A DNA stretch of 64,000 nt from Fibrobacterota bacterium. GTDB lineage: Bacteria > Fibrobacterota > Fibrobacteria > UBA5070. Positions 40,217 to 49,660 of the stretch are shown here, one piece after another. A program made the position numbers and the translations under genes. The notes under the pieces are model-generated. The model did no database searches. It saw nothing but the letters and a program-made list of their open reading frames with translations, and was not told the origin of the DNA. The DNA lies in the NCBI GenBank assembly GCA_016715065.1, contig JADKBN010000018.1:100280-164279 (forward strand), given 5' to 3'. Each line of letters begins with the position of its first letter. The first letter of the stretch is position 1.

Positions 40217-41971
40217 ATGAAGAAGTCCGACCTCGCGCTCATGGTGGCTGCGCTCCTTTTCGGAGCAGGCTTTCTCGCCGTGATCCCGCGATTGTGGCCC
40301 ATGCCGGAATTGCCGTTGGACACTCCTGCCCGGACCCTGGAGGCCATGTCCCGCGAACACCAATCGGCAATGGACATGGATCTGTCCAGGCACCTTTCCA
40401 GCGCATCGCTGACCCTGGACGAGTCCGCTCTTTCCTGGCTGGAACGGGATCTTGGGCAGCAGCAGGCGAAAAAACTCCTGGAAAATCTACCGGTATACCT
40501 GCACGAGGTGCAGTTCAAGCGGCGCAACGACCCCACCGTGGGCACATTCTGGATCCATCCTCGCCAAGGTCTGTCCGGATGGCGTCGCACGGTGGAGGAC
40601 GACGAGCCCGGCGAGTCCTTGGATTCGGCCGCGGCGGCAAGCCTGGTCTCGAAGGTCGTCCACCAGCATCTTGGCCAGGAATTGTCCGGATGGGAACTGA
40701 GGCGTTGGGAGCGCAAGAGGCTGGAATCGCGCACCGACCACAGTTTCGTGTACGAGCGCGCCATGGAATCGGGCTCGGATGCCCGCCTGCGGCTGTCGGT
40801 TTCCGTCGCGGGATCGGTGGTGCGGGAAGCGCGGCAAGTCCTGGTGACTCCGCCTGCGTTCCTGCGCGAGCAGCGAAAAAGCGGCTTCAAGGAGCAGTTC
40901 GTCCAGACCTTCGCATTCGCGCTGTTCGCCTCCCTGGGCGTGGCGGCCTTCCTGTACAAGCTCTGGGGCCTGCGGCGAGGCATGGTGGGCCTGGCCGTTC
41001 CCGCCATCGGGGCGGCCGTGGTGGTTGCGAGCCTCGCTCTTTCGCGGGTGCTGCGCTCAGGCAAGCTGTTCGACCTCTGGGACCCCTTGTCGCCGCAATG
41101 GATGTCGGCGGTCAAGGTCCTTCTCCAAGGATCCATCAACGACATGCTCGCGGCCTTGATGGTTTTCTCCTTCCTGGGAGCCGCCGACGCGCTGGACCGC
41201 GAAGCCCCGCGACACCGCGGCATCGCGCTTCGCAACTTCCTGCGCCTGCGCTGGATCCATGTGGACGTGGGCCACGCCTCGATCCGCGGGTATCTGTTGG
41301 GCTGGGTCGCGGGAGGAGTGCTCGCCTTGAGCACCTGGGCACTGACCTCGACGCTTCCGGGAGCGTTGATCGAAATCCAACCGCGAGGTTTTTTCTTCCA
41401 CGGGATCAATTCCAGCCTGCCCACTCTGCTTTTGGGGGCGTTTTTCTTGCAGATCGCCCTGGTGGAAGAGCTTGGGTATCGGCATTTCGCAGGCAACGCC
41501 ATCCTGCGTTTGGGAGCGGGGCGTTGGGCGGCGGTGATCCTCCCCGCACTGATCTACGGCGCCGTGCACAGCGGTTTGGATTTCCTGCCGCCCGCAGAAC
41601 CCTGGTGGGCGCGAATCATTCCCATCACGTTGGTCGGGCTGTTGTGGGGCCTGGCCTTCCTGAAATGGGACGCGCTGACGGTGGTCCTGTCGCATTGGGC
41701 CTGCGACCTGTTTTTGTTCAACCGCACCCGGCTGTTTTCCGAAGACCCGTGGGTGCGTTTGTCGGCCGCAGTGTGCCTGGCCCTTCCGTTGGTACCCGCA
41801 TTCGTATCGATCGGCTGGAAGCTCTGGCTGCAGTGGCGCGCGCCCGCGGAGCCTGAAGCCGAACCCTGGGAGGAAGACCCCGATTTTTCCGGCGCCGATC
41901 CCGGCACAGAACCCGACCTCCCTGTCCAAGCTTCTTCTGAAACGGACGCGACCGACGAGCCCCCCCGGTGA
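40217..41971 (+). CDS. CPBP-family (CAAX) intramembrane metalloprotease with a large N-terminal region
   Basis: Multiple TM helices. EELGYRHF and AVHS motifs typical of CPBP/Abi proteases. Confidence 0.65.
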   Translation: MKKSDLALMVAALLFGAGFLAVIPRLWPMPELPLDTPARTLEAMSREHQSAMDMDLSRHLSSASLTLDESALSWLERDLGQQQAKKLLENLPVYLHEVQFKRRNDPTVGTFWIHPRQGLSGWRRTVEDDEPGESLDSAAAASLVSKVVHQHLGQELSGWELRRWERKRLESRTDHSFVYERAMESGSDARLRLSVSVAGSVVREARQVLVTPPAFLREQRKSGFKEQFVQTFAFALFASLGVAAFLYKLWGLRRGMVGLAVPAIGAAVVVASLALSRVLRSGKLFDLWDPLSPQWMSAVKVLLQGSINDMLAALMVFSFLGAADALDREAPRHRGIALRNFLRLRWIHVDVGHASIRGYLLGWVAGGVLALSTWALTSTLPGALIEIQPRGFFFHGINSSLPTLLLGAFFLQIALVEELGYRHFAGNAILRLGAGRWAAVILPALIYGAVHSGLDFLPPAEPWWARIIPITLVGLLWGLAFLKWDALTVVLSHWACDLFLFNRTRLFSEDPWVRLSAAVCLALPLVPAFVSIGWKLWLQWRAPAEPEAEPWEEDPDFSGADPGTEPDLPVQASSETDATDEPPR

Positions 41972-44319
41972 AACAAACCACCACCAGGATCGATCCGACG
42001 GAGATGGTCTGCCCGGTCACGGGCAAGCGGTATTTGACACGACCGGAATGGTTCCTCAGTTCAAACCATCACAGCTATCGCATCGGGGTGCTGGAGGGTG
42101 AGATCATCCTTTGCCAAAGCTTTGGACGCACCTACGTGGAGGACGTGGTCAAGTACTGCTCCACCATCGAGGCCATCCTGGGCGAGTTCATGCAACCCGG
42201 CCGCAAGATGGTGCTGCTGGAAGACTACACCCATCTTTCCGCCAGCGACAACGCCACTCGCCAGACCTACATCGATTTCCACACCCAGCACCAAGACGAC
42301 CTCCACGGTATTTTCTTCTTCGGGCTGAACCCTTTCCTGAAGCTTTTTGTCCGGCTGTCGCGACGGATTTTGCCATTACGATTCCGGGTGGAGGCCTTCA
42401 ACGACTACCACGAAACCTTGGCTGCTGCATATCAGCACCTGGGCAGGGCATTTCTTTTCGATGTCGTGGAGCCCAGCGACTCGCGGAAGGTATGGCGCTC
42501 GGCCACCGCCTATGCCACCTTCCAGTCTCCCGATGCCGATTCCCTGGTGCGCGTTGCCCTGCACGGTTCCTTGGAGAGAAGAGACGTCGCATCCCTGGCC
42601 CACGCTTTCGAGAGCTTCCTGGCTTCACAGGCCCTGGGACCCTACCGATATTTCCTGCACCTGGATCTCTCCGATTTTTCCCGGACCAGCTTCCTTTCCC
42701 TGTACGCGGCGGCATCGAGCTTCAATCGCCTGAACCAGCTCTTCCCAGCCCAACACCATGTGGTGTCCGGACTTTCCTGGCCTCAGCGCTTTGCCGTCAC
42801 CGCTTTGAATTTTTCCTGTCTGCGGCGAACCAGCCTGGTACCCAAGGGAGTCGATCCCGCCACGCTGCTGGGAAGGCTACCCCAGGCGGCGACTCCACCC
42901 TCCAGCTTTCCCGGCCCCTCGCTCTGGAATCGCTTGAATGGTCGATTCGGACGCGACCAGCAGGAAAACGCAGACAAGCTCATGGAGTTCATCGGCGGAA
43001 TCCAATGGGATTCCGAAGGTGTGGCGACCAACCCCTACCCCCCGGAAAACCCCTTCCATCAGGTCGCGGCTTCCCTTTTGGTGGTGAAGTCGGATTTTGA
43101 CCACCTCCTGGCCGAACGCGTGCGCCGCGAACACGAACTGGAAGCCGCCCGGCTGCGCGCGGAAGAAGCCAACCGCCTGCAAGCGCGGTTTCTGGCCAAC
43201 GTGTCCCACGAGATCCGTACGCCGCTCAACGCCATCCTGGGCATGGGGGAAATGCTCGCCGACACGCCTTTGGAGCTCCAGCAGCAGGAATTGTTGCGCA
43301 CCATGCGCCAATCCTCGCAGGGGCTGCTCACGGTCATCAACGACATCCTGGATCTATCGCGCATGGAAGCCGGTGAATTCCACCTCTCGCAGGAGCCGTT
43401 CGATCCCGGCCTGGTGTTCGAGGATGTCGGGCGGATGCTGGGGTATCTCGCGATCTCCAAGGGGCTGGAATGGCGCGTGCACAAGTTGGGCGCCATCCCC
43501 GGTGCGCTTCGGGGCGACCCCATCCGGATCCGACAGGTTCTGATCAATCTCGCGGGCAACGCCGTCAAGTTCACCGAGCGCGGACACGTCGCCATGGAAA
43601 TGCGTCGGATGGTTTCCTCTGGCGGACACGTGATCTTGCAAGTCCGCATCGAAGACACGGGTCCTGGGATTCCGTCGGGACGCATCGGAGAGCTTTTCCA
43701 GCCCTTCCGACAGCTCGACGGCTCCCTCTCCCGCCGACACGGCGGAACCGGCCTGGGACTGGCCATCGCCCACAATCTGGTGCGCCAGATGGGGGGGTCG
43801 CTCGGAGTGGAAAGTTCGCCGTCGGGATCTGTTTTCACGTTCCGCATGCATCTGGAGGAAGTGGACCCGGCCCTCCTGAAGATCGAATCTTCCACGGGCA
43901 CTCCGGTGGAGCTTTCCGGTCGCATCCTGGTGGCCGAAGACAACCGGGTGAACCAGAAGGTGGTCCTGGGGATGCTCCGCAAACTCGGGCTGGATGCCGA
44001 CATCGCGGAAAACGGACGCGTGGCCCTGGAGCGGCTCACCCACCATTCCTCCGAACACCAGCTTGTCCTGATGGACATCCAGATGCCCGAGATGGACGGA
44101 ATCGAGGCTGTGCAGAGGATGCGCCAAGGCCAGGCGGGCGAACACGGACGGCGCCTGCCCGTGATCGCCCTGACCGCACACGCCATGGAAGGCGACCGGG
44201 AGCAGTTCCTGCGACACGGAATGGACGACTACCTCTCCAAGCCGATGCGGCTGCAAGACCTGCGCGCCGTGCTGGAGCGTTGGCTGGGCAAGGAACACGC
44301 CATCGAAGGGGAGAACTAG
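41968..44319 (+). CDS. hybrid sensor histidine kinase / response regulator
   Basis: HisKA H-box ANVSHEIRTPLNAI. HATPase_c N/G boxes NLAGNAVKFT and GGTGLGLAI. C-terminal REC domain with ILVAEDN...MDIQMP. Confidence 0.85.
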   Translation: MKQTTTRIDPTEMVCPVTGKRYLTRPEWFLSSNHHSYRIGVLEGEIILCQSFGRTYVEDVVKYCSTIEAILGEFMQPGRKMVLLEDYTHLSASDNATRQTYIDFHTQHQDDLHGIFFFGLNPFLKLFVRLSRRILPLRFRVEAFNDYHETLAAAYQHLGRAFLFDVVEPSDSRKVWRSATAYATFQSPDADSLVRVALHGSLERRDVASLAHAFESFLASQALGPYRYFLHLDLSDFSRTSFLSLYAAASSFNRLNQLFPAQHHVVSGLSWPQRFAVTALNFSCLRRTSLVPKGVDPATLLGRLPQAATPPSSFPGPSLWNRLNGRFGRDQQENADKLMEFIGGIQWDSEGVATNPYPPENPFHQVAASLLVVKSDFDHLLAERVRREHELEAARLRAEEANRLQARFLANVSHEIRTPLNAILGMGEMLADTPLELQQQELLRTMRQSSQGLLTVINDILDLSRMEAGEFHLSQEPFDPGLVFEDVGRMLGYLAISKGLEWRVHKLGAIPGALRGDPIRIRQVLINLAGNAVKFTERGHVAMEMRRMVSSGGHVILQVRIEDTGPGIPSGRIGELFQPFRQLDGSLSRRHGGTGLGLAIAHNLVRQMGGSLGVESSPSGSVFTFRMHLEEVDPALLKIESSTGTPVELSGRILVAEDNRVNQKVVLGMLRKLGLDADIAENGRVALERLTHHSSEHQLVLMDIQMPEMDGIEAVQRMRQGQAGEHGRRLPVIALTAHAMEGDREQFLRHGMDDYLSKPMRLQDLRAVLERWLGKEHAIEGEN

Positions 44320-45933
44320 GTGGCCACGCTTCATTCCCAGCCCCACAGCCCCAGCCGCGCCGAGATCCGCTTCGCGGAGGCTTGCCGGAATTTGTCCGAT
44401 GACTGGCACGTGTTCTTCGGGGTGGAATGGACCAGCGTCGGCAGAGGCGGCGAGGCCGACCATTCCGGCGAAATGGACGCGGTCCTCTACCATCGCGAAC
44501 ACGGATTCCTGGTGGTGGAAGTCAAGGGTGGCGGGGTGCGCCGAAACGGCGACCTCTGGTCCAGCATGGGCCGCGACGGCTGGCACGCCATCAAGAACCC
44601 TCTCCAACAGGTCAGGGAATCCAGCTACTTCCTGGTCCACGAGATCAAGGCGCTCACGCGCGCGAATCCCTCCAACGGATTCCCCCTGGTCGCCTGGGGG
44701 CTTTGCTTCCCGGACGTCGACGTCTCCCGTCGGCAGTGGCTGGGCAACGACCTGATGGAGCACCAGATTTTGTCACGCGCGGATCTGGACCGGCTGGAGT
44801 CGCGCGCGGTGGAGATCTTGCTGCGAGTGGGCCACGGTCTGCGCCACGACCCTCCCACCCCCCACCTGGAAAAGCTGTTGCTGGAGCGGTTCCATCCGTG
44901 CTTTTCGCTGCTTCCGCCTGCGGATGTCCTGCTGCAGGAGGAATCGCGTCTGCTGCTGGCTGCCACCGACCACCAGCAGCAGTTCCTGCTGGCGGCCCGT
45001 TCCATCCGCAGGCTCGCGGTGGAAGGCTGCGCGGGATCCGGCAAATCCATCCTGGCCGCCGACCGCGCGCGCCTGCTGTTGCGCGACGGGGAACATGTCC
45101 TGCTGCTTTGCTACTCCAAATACCTGGCCGATCGCTGGCGGGAAGATCCTCGCCTGGCCGGAGTGGATGTGGCCACCTTCCATGAACTTTCCAAGCGTTG
45201 GATCGAATCGGCTGGGCTGGAGTGGCCCTCCCACGAGGAGCACGACTCATGGGAAGCCGAAGCCTCGCTGCGGCTGGCCAAGGCGCAGGCCGCGCGACCG
45301 CTTGCGCTGTGGAGCGCCGTGGTGGTGGACGAAGGACAGGATTTCCAGCCCGAGTGGTGGCCCCTGGTGGAAGGTTTCATGGAGCACCCTTCCGAAGACA
45401 GCTTCACCATCTTCATGGATTCCAGACAGAATCTGCTGCACAGACCCAAGGCGCTTCCGCCCGACATGCCCGTGTTCCATTTGTCGATTTCCGTCCGAAA
45501 CACCCGCGCCATCGTCGCGTGGATCCACGCTCGCACGGGATGGGAGCTCGCCTCGGACCCGCTGTGCCCCGAAGGAGAAGCTCCTCGAGTGCGCCCCTGG
45601 AAAACTCCGGCCGAGCAGGTCCTGTTCCTGCGCCAGGACCTGCAGGAATTCGCCCGCCAAGGCATCCAACCCAACCGCGTTCTGGTGGTGAGCTGTCGCG
45701 ACAAGGCCACATCCGGCCTCTCGATCCTGCCTATGGATCTTCCCGCGGGATGGTCCTCCCCGCCCCAGGTCTGGCGGATCGACCGTGCCAACATCGACAG
45801 CGCGCTGCGCACCCGGGGATTGGAATCGGACGTGGTGATCCTCGCCGACGTCGAGCCCGACACCGCCTCCGACCGCATATACGCCGGCGCCACCCGCGCC
45901 CGCCACCGCCTGGTGGTCTACGAACGGGCCTGA
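44320..45933 (+). CDS. NERD-domain protein fused to SF1 (UvrD/DNA2-like) helicase
   Basis: NERD motif GEMDAVLYHREHGFLVVEVKGG. Walker A GCAGSGKS. Walker B/DExx VVVDEGQDF. C-terminal helicase motif VILADVEP...YAGATRARHRL. Confidence 0.75.
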   Translation: MATLHSQPHSPSRAEIRFAEACRNLSDDWHVFFGVEWTSVGRGGEADHSGEMDAVLYHREHGFLVVEVKGGGVRRNGDLWSSMGRDGWHAIKNPLQQVRESSYFLVHEIKALTRANPSNGFPLVAWGLCFPDVDVSRRQWLGNDLMEHQILSRADLDRLESRAVEILLRVGHGLRHDPPTPHLEKLLLERFHPCFSLLPPADVLLQEESRLLLAATDHQQQFLLAARSIRRLAVEGCAGSGKSILAADRARLLLRDGEHVLLLCYSKYLADRWREDPRLAGVDVATFHELSKRWIESAGLEWPSHEEHDSWEAEASLRLAKAQAARPLALWSAVVVDEGQDFQPEWWPLVEGFMEHPSEDSFTIFMDSRQNLLHRPKALPPDMPVFHLSISVRNTRAIVAWIHARTGWELASDPLCPEGEAPRVRPWKTPAEQVLFLRQDLQEFARQGIQPNRVLVVSCRDKATSGLSILPMDLPAGWSSPPQVWRIDRANIDSALRTRGLESDVVILADVEPDTASDRIYAGATRARHRLVVYERA

Positions 45934-45936
45934 GAT

Positions 45937-45984
45937 CCGTTCGTCCTGAGGAGCGAGGCCATGCCTCGCGTCTCGAAGGGCGAA
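45937..45984. mobile_element. half (left arm only) MITE/REP-like element, copy C, inserted at the helicase stop and flanked by a 22-bp imperfect direct repeat
   Basis: Left arm identical to copy D (CCGTTCGTCCTGAGGAGCGAGGCCATGCCTCGCGTCTCGAAGGGCGAA). Flanks GGTCTACGAACGGGCCTGAGATCC (45914-45936) and GGTCTACGAACGCGCCTGATCC (45987-46008). Confidence 0.65.
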
Positions 45985-46076
45985 GGGGTCTACGAACGCG
46001 CCTGATCCGCGACGCCCACCGACAATATTCGTCGAACGTCACGTTTTTAAATGGGCAAACAAAATGGGGACCGCCA

Positions 46077-46134
46077 ACGGTTTCGTAACGGGCCAACGGT
46101 TTCGTAGAGACGCCCCGCCGGGGCGTCTCTACAA
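46077..46134. repeat. two 14-bp direct repeats (CCAACGGTTTCGTA) followed by a 29-bp perfect palindrome GTAGAGACGCCCCGCCGGGGCGTCTCTAC
   Basis: Read directly from the sequence between the convergent helicase and tonB ends. The palindrome is at 46106-46134. Confidence 0.8.
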
Positions 46135-46263
46135 TCGTTGGCGTCCGTATGACCGATGGCGTCCGATCAATCGTTCGGGTCAAACCAACCATTGGCGGGC
46201 CATCGACCGGCGGTCCACGCCGGTTTTGGCGTTCGGGGATTGCACCGGGTGGTTAACCGTTGT

Positions 46264-47013
46264 TCACCCATCCAACCGGAACCGGTATTGTTTTTTGAAA
46301 CTGCACGACACCGCGCGCCCCAATTCGATCAGCGGTTTGAACGCGGTCGCGTACACGGCCTGGCGCACGGCGTTGTCGAAATCCTTGCCTCCGCTGCGCA
46401 GGAACTTCACTTCCGCCACCTTGCCCTGTTCGTCCAGCGTGACCATCACGTCCACCACGGCCTCCACACCCTGGTCCAAGGCCCACTCGGGATAGTTCGG
46501 CTCCACGGCCCGGCTCACCTGCACATCGAAATTCGACTGCACGGGCGCAGCGGCCAGAGGTGGCGGAGCCTTTTTCACGGTGGTATCGGCCTTGACCATC
46601 AGACTGTTGCCCGTGGCCACCGCGAACCCCCCGTTGGCGGAGGTTCCATCGGAGGGGATGCCAAATTGTGGCGGTGGCGGATCCGGTGTTTCCGGCGGCT
46701 TCTGGTCCGGGTCGGGCGGTGTCTTGACCGGAGGAGGGATCTCCTTGGGCGCAGGAGGAGGCAAGGCTGGCGGAGGTGGCGGCGGCGGCTCTTCCTTCAC
46801 ATCCACCAACGTGACCATCTCATCCAAGGGAACCACATCGCGCAACGTGACCGCCAAGGAAAACACCACGCCCCAAAGGGCCAGAAACACTCCGACGGTG
46901 GTCCACTCCTTGCGACCCAGGCGCGCTCGCGGCGTGGCCGGCACCCGCAGGCTTGGCGGCACCGGGCCCAGCGCCCCTTTGCGGCGCACACGGCGGACGG
47001 TCCCGGCGTTCAC
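46264..47013 (-). CDS. tonB: energy transducer TonB (module 1)
   Basis: N-terminal TM, Pro-rich spacer PPPPPPPALPPPAPKEIPPPVKTPPDPDQKPP, C-terminal TonB domain. Confidence 0.8.
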   Translation of the reverse strand: MNAGTVRRVRRKGALGPVPPSLRVPATPRARLGRKEWTTVGVFLALWGVVFSLAVTLRDVVPLDEMVTLVDVKEEPPPPPPPALPPPAPKEIPPPVKTPPDPDQKPPETPDPPPPQFGIPSDGTSANGGFAVATGNSLMVKADTTVKKAPPPLAAAPVQSNFDVQVSRAVEPNYPEWALDQGVEAVVDVMVTLDEQGKVAEVKFLRSGGKDFDNAVRQAVYATAFKPLIELGRAVSCSFKKQYRFRLDG

Positions 47014-47414
47014 GGCCGCACCACCTTCAAGGCATACTTGGTGACGCCCGCACCGCGCACCAGATCGATGGCTCCCACCACCGACTGGTACTTGAGATCG
47101 CGATCGGCCCCGATCAGCACCTGGTGGTCGGGATTGCCCCGCACCGCCTGGGCCAGGTAGGTGGAAACCGAAAGCGAATCCGTGGCCTGCCCGTCCAGGT
47201 AGAGGTTCGCGTCCTTGTCCAGCACCAGCCCCGAAGCCTTGGGCGCCTGCGATCCGGCGTTGGCCGCCTTGGGGATCTGCACCATGATCTCGCGTTGGTC
47301 GATCACGGAACTGGTGATCATGAAGATGATCAACAGCACCAGGAAGATGTCCACCAGCGGAGTGATGTTGATCGAGGCGATCATCTCCTCGTCGTTTCCT
47401 GTCGCGGCGGCCAT
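47010..47414 (-). CDS. exbD: biopolymer transporter ExbD/TolR (module 1)
   Basis: INITPLVDIFLVLLIIFMITSS. 134 aa. Confidence 0.85.
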   Translation of the reverse strand: MAAATGNDEEMIASINITPLVDIFLVLLIIFMITSSVIDQREIMVQIPKAANAGSQAPKASGLVLDKDANLYLDGQATDSLSVSTYLAQAVRGNPDHQVLIGADRDLKYQSVVGAIDLVRGAGVTKYALKVVRP

Positions 47415-47415
47415 G

Positions 47416-48066
47416 TCAGGACTCCTTGGCGGCGGCGTTCAAGCTGCGCGCCACCACCAGGCCGCGCACCTCGCGGGAGCGGTCCAGGAGGATCTTGATG
47501 CGGTTTTTCAGGATATTGAAGGCCACCACGGCCGGAATGGCGATGATCAACCCCAGCGCAGTGGCTACCAAGGCGCGCGCGATGGCCACCATCACCTCGG
47601 TGGAGCCCTTGCCGCCGGCCTGCGCGAACTTGTTGAAGGCGATCAGGATACCCAAGACAGTTCCTGTCAACCCGAGGAACGGAGCGTTGGCGCCCACCGT
47701 GCCCAGAAACGACACGCCCGTTTCCAGGTGACGGCGTTCGGTGGACTCCTGCACTTCGTAGACCTTTTCCAGGGCTTCCGGCGAGAGCCCGATGTTCTCC
47801 TTGCCCAGCTTCACCACGCGGCCCGGCAGGGTGCGCTCGTCTTCCACGCTCACCTGGACGTGGCCCAGATCGCCGCCCTTGGAAAGACCCTGCGAAAGGA
47901 GCGTGCGCCATTTGTCGGCATCGCCGGTGGCCGCCGAGATGGCGTTCCAGCGCCAGACGAACAGGACCAGCCCGGCCAGGCCGAGGCCGGCAAGAACGGC
48001 GTAAAGGGCGATCTCGACGGTGAACAGCACCGGAGCGAGGGTTTGGATGAGACTGGTGGGATTCAT
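47416..48066 (-). CDS. exbB: MotA/TolQ/ExbB proton-channel protein (module 1)
   Basis: Three TM helices. LGLTGTVLGILIAFNKFA motif. Confidence 0.85.
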   Translation of the reverse strand: MNPTSLIQTLAPVLFTVEIALYAVLAGLGLAGLVLFVWRWNAISAATGDADKWRTLLSQGLSKGGDLGHVQVSVEDERTLPGRVVKLGKENIGLSPEALEKVYEVQESTERRHLETGVSFLGTVGANAPFLGLTGTVLGILIAFNKFAQAGGKGSTEVMVAIARALVATALGLIIAIPAVVAFNILKNRIKILLDRSREVRGLVVARSLNAAAKES

Positions 48067-48257
48067 TTTCTGGGTTCTCCGCGAGTGGATCGTTGGTTGT
48101 GGGTCGGCTGGGCGTTTCCCGGTTGGCGGGATCGGCGCCCCTTCTGAAGACTGGAACACCGTGCGCGCCGAAAACCGTCACCTCCCAGCGCGTTTTTTCG
48201 CGTTTTCCGTTCCACCATCGCCTCCCTCCGCTCCTGGGAGGAAACCCGAGCTCCGAC

Positions 48258-48290
48258 ACGAAAAAGCCCCCGTCCTGAGGACGGGGGCTC
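48258..48290 (-). terminator. intrinsic terminator after the lipoprotein-1 gene
   Basis: Minus-strand sequence GCCCCCGTCCTCAGGACGGGGGC followed by TTTTTCG. Confidence 0.6.
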
Positions 48291-48323
48291 CGCGGGAAAC
48301 GCGCAAGTCGGACCGAAGTGCGA

Positions 48324-49641
48324 TCAGTCGTCGCCGCCCACCATGCCCGCCGTGTAGTCGGTACCGATGCAGAACTTCTCCTCGAATCCCCTGCCGTCGT
48401 TGATGTGGCGATCCCATGCCCTCCTGCAAGCGGCTCCCCGCAGAGCTTCCAGGGGGATGGTGTCGGGGCTGGAGGTGCGCACGAAGAGCTGGAAGCTGTC
48501 CACCAGGGCTCCCGTGAAGTACCCTTGCCCCCCTTGGATGTTGGAGTACCGGGCCACGGTCTTGTCGCCGCCGGCGATCGCGGTCTTGGCCTGGCTGTAG
48601 GCGACGTAGCGGGCATCCACCGCGAAGTACCGCGTGAGGTAGCGTCCCGTGTAGCCGATGGCGATGTTGCTCGTGTAGATGTGGTCGGGCCACCCCACCA
48701 CGGAATTGGAGTAGGCGGCGTACGCTTCGAAGTATCTCGACCCTCCAGCCTGGTAGTCGGAAGCGGAATCCTCGGTGGACCGGTAGTCGTCCCCCACGGC
48801 CTTGCGCAAGGCCCTCACCAGGGCGGGCTCGATGCGGGCGCTGGTGGGATCGAAATACTGGACCGAGAACATCCCTCCGAATCCCGCTCCGCGACGTGTG
48901 GTGTAGACGTACTGGCGGTTGGTGAGGGTCACCCCCTGTCCGGCGATGTTCCTCACCAGGCGGGCATCGGAGTGGATGTACCAGACCGTGTCGCCCCACA
49001 CCACGGGACGCGTCACCGGAATCCCGGCGCGCACGCTGTCGATGGTCCCCAGACCCAGCTTCCAGCGCGCGACGGCGCCCGGGCGTTCGCGATCCCACTC
49101 CCGCAGCGTGGCGCTGTCGGAGGTCGGTTCGGCGCCACCGGCCAGGCTGGGGATCAGGGCCTCGATGGGGGCCTCGGGGGACTTCTCGCGCACCGACCAA
49201 TCCGAGGGCAGGGTGGTGGTGGCGTGCAGCGAGGTGGTGCGAATGTCCCGGCCCGAGGGCCAATCGCGGGAGGCGTTCCAGCGCACCTGGGCGTCCAGCT
49301 CGTAGGTGGCCCCGGCCTTGGCCAGGCGGGTCTGGGCCGGAACCCAGGCCACGCCGCTGCCGGACACCGGACGATACACGACGGAATCCGTCGGGTCGGA
49401 GGTGTTGCGCATGCGGATGGTCGCCTCCTCCACGAAGACGCGGGTGGAGTCGTACTTGCCCTGGATGGGGGTGGTCCGTTCCAGCCAGAGGGTGTCGAAA
49501 GGCATTCCGCCCACCACCATGCTGGACACGATGAGGTCGGGATCGCGTCCCACCTCGTCGGAGGGGTCGATGTTCCAGGGGCCGTTGCAGGCCCCGAGAA
49601 CCAGGGTCGAGACGAGAACGAAAGGGATCTTGGAGTCCATG
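48324..49641 (-). CDS. lipoprotein (DUF4249-like), partner of the TonB-dependent receptor (module 1)
   Basis: Lipobox MDSKIPFVLVSTLVLGAC. Sits 20 bp downstream of the receptor gene. Confidence 0.55.
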
Positions 49642-49660
49642 GCGTGTTTCCTTTGCCTTC

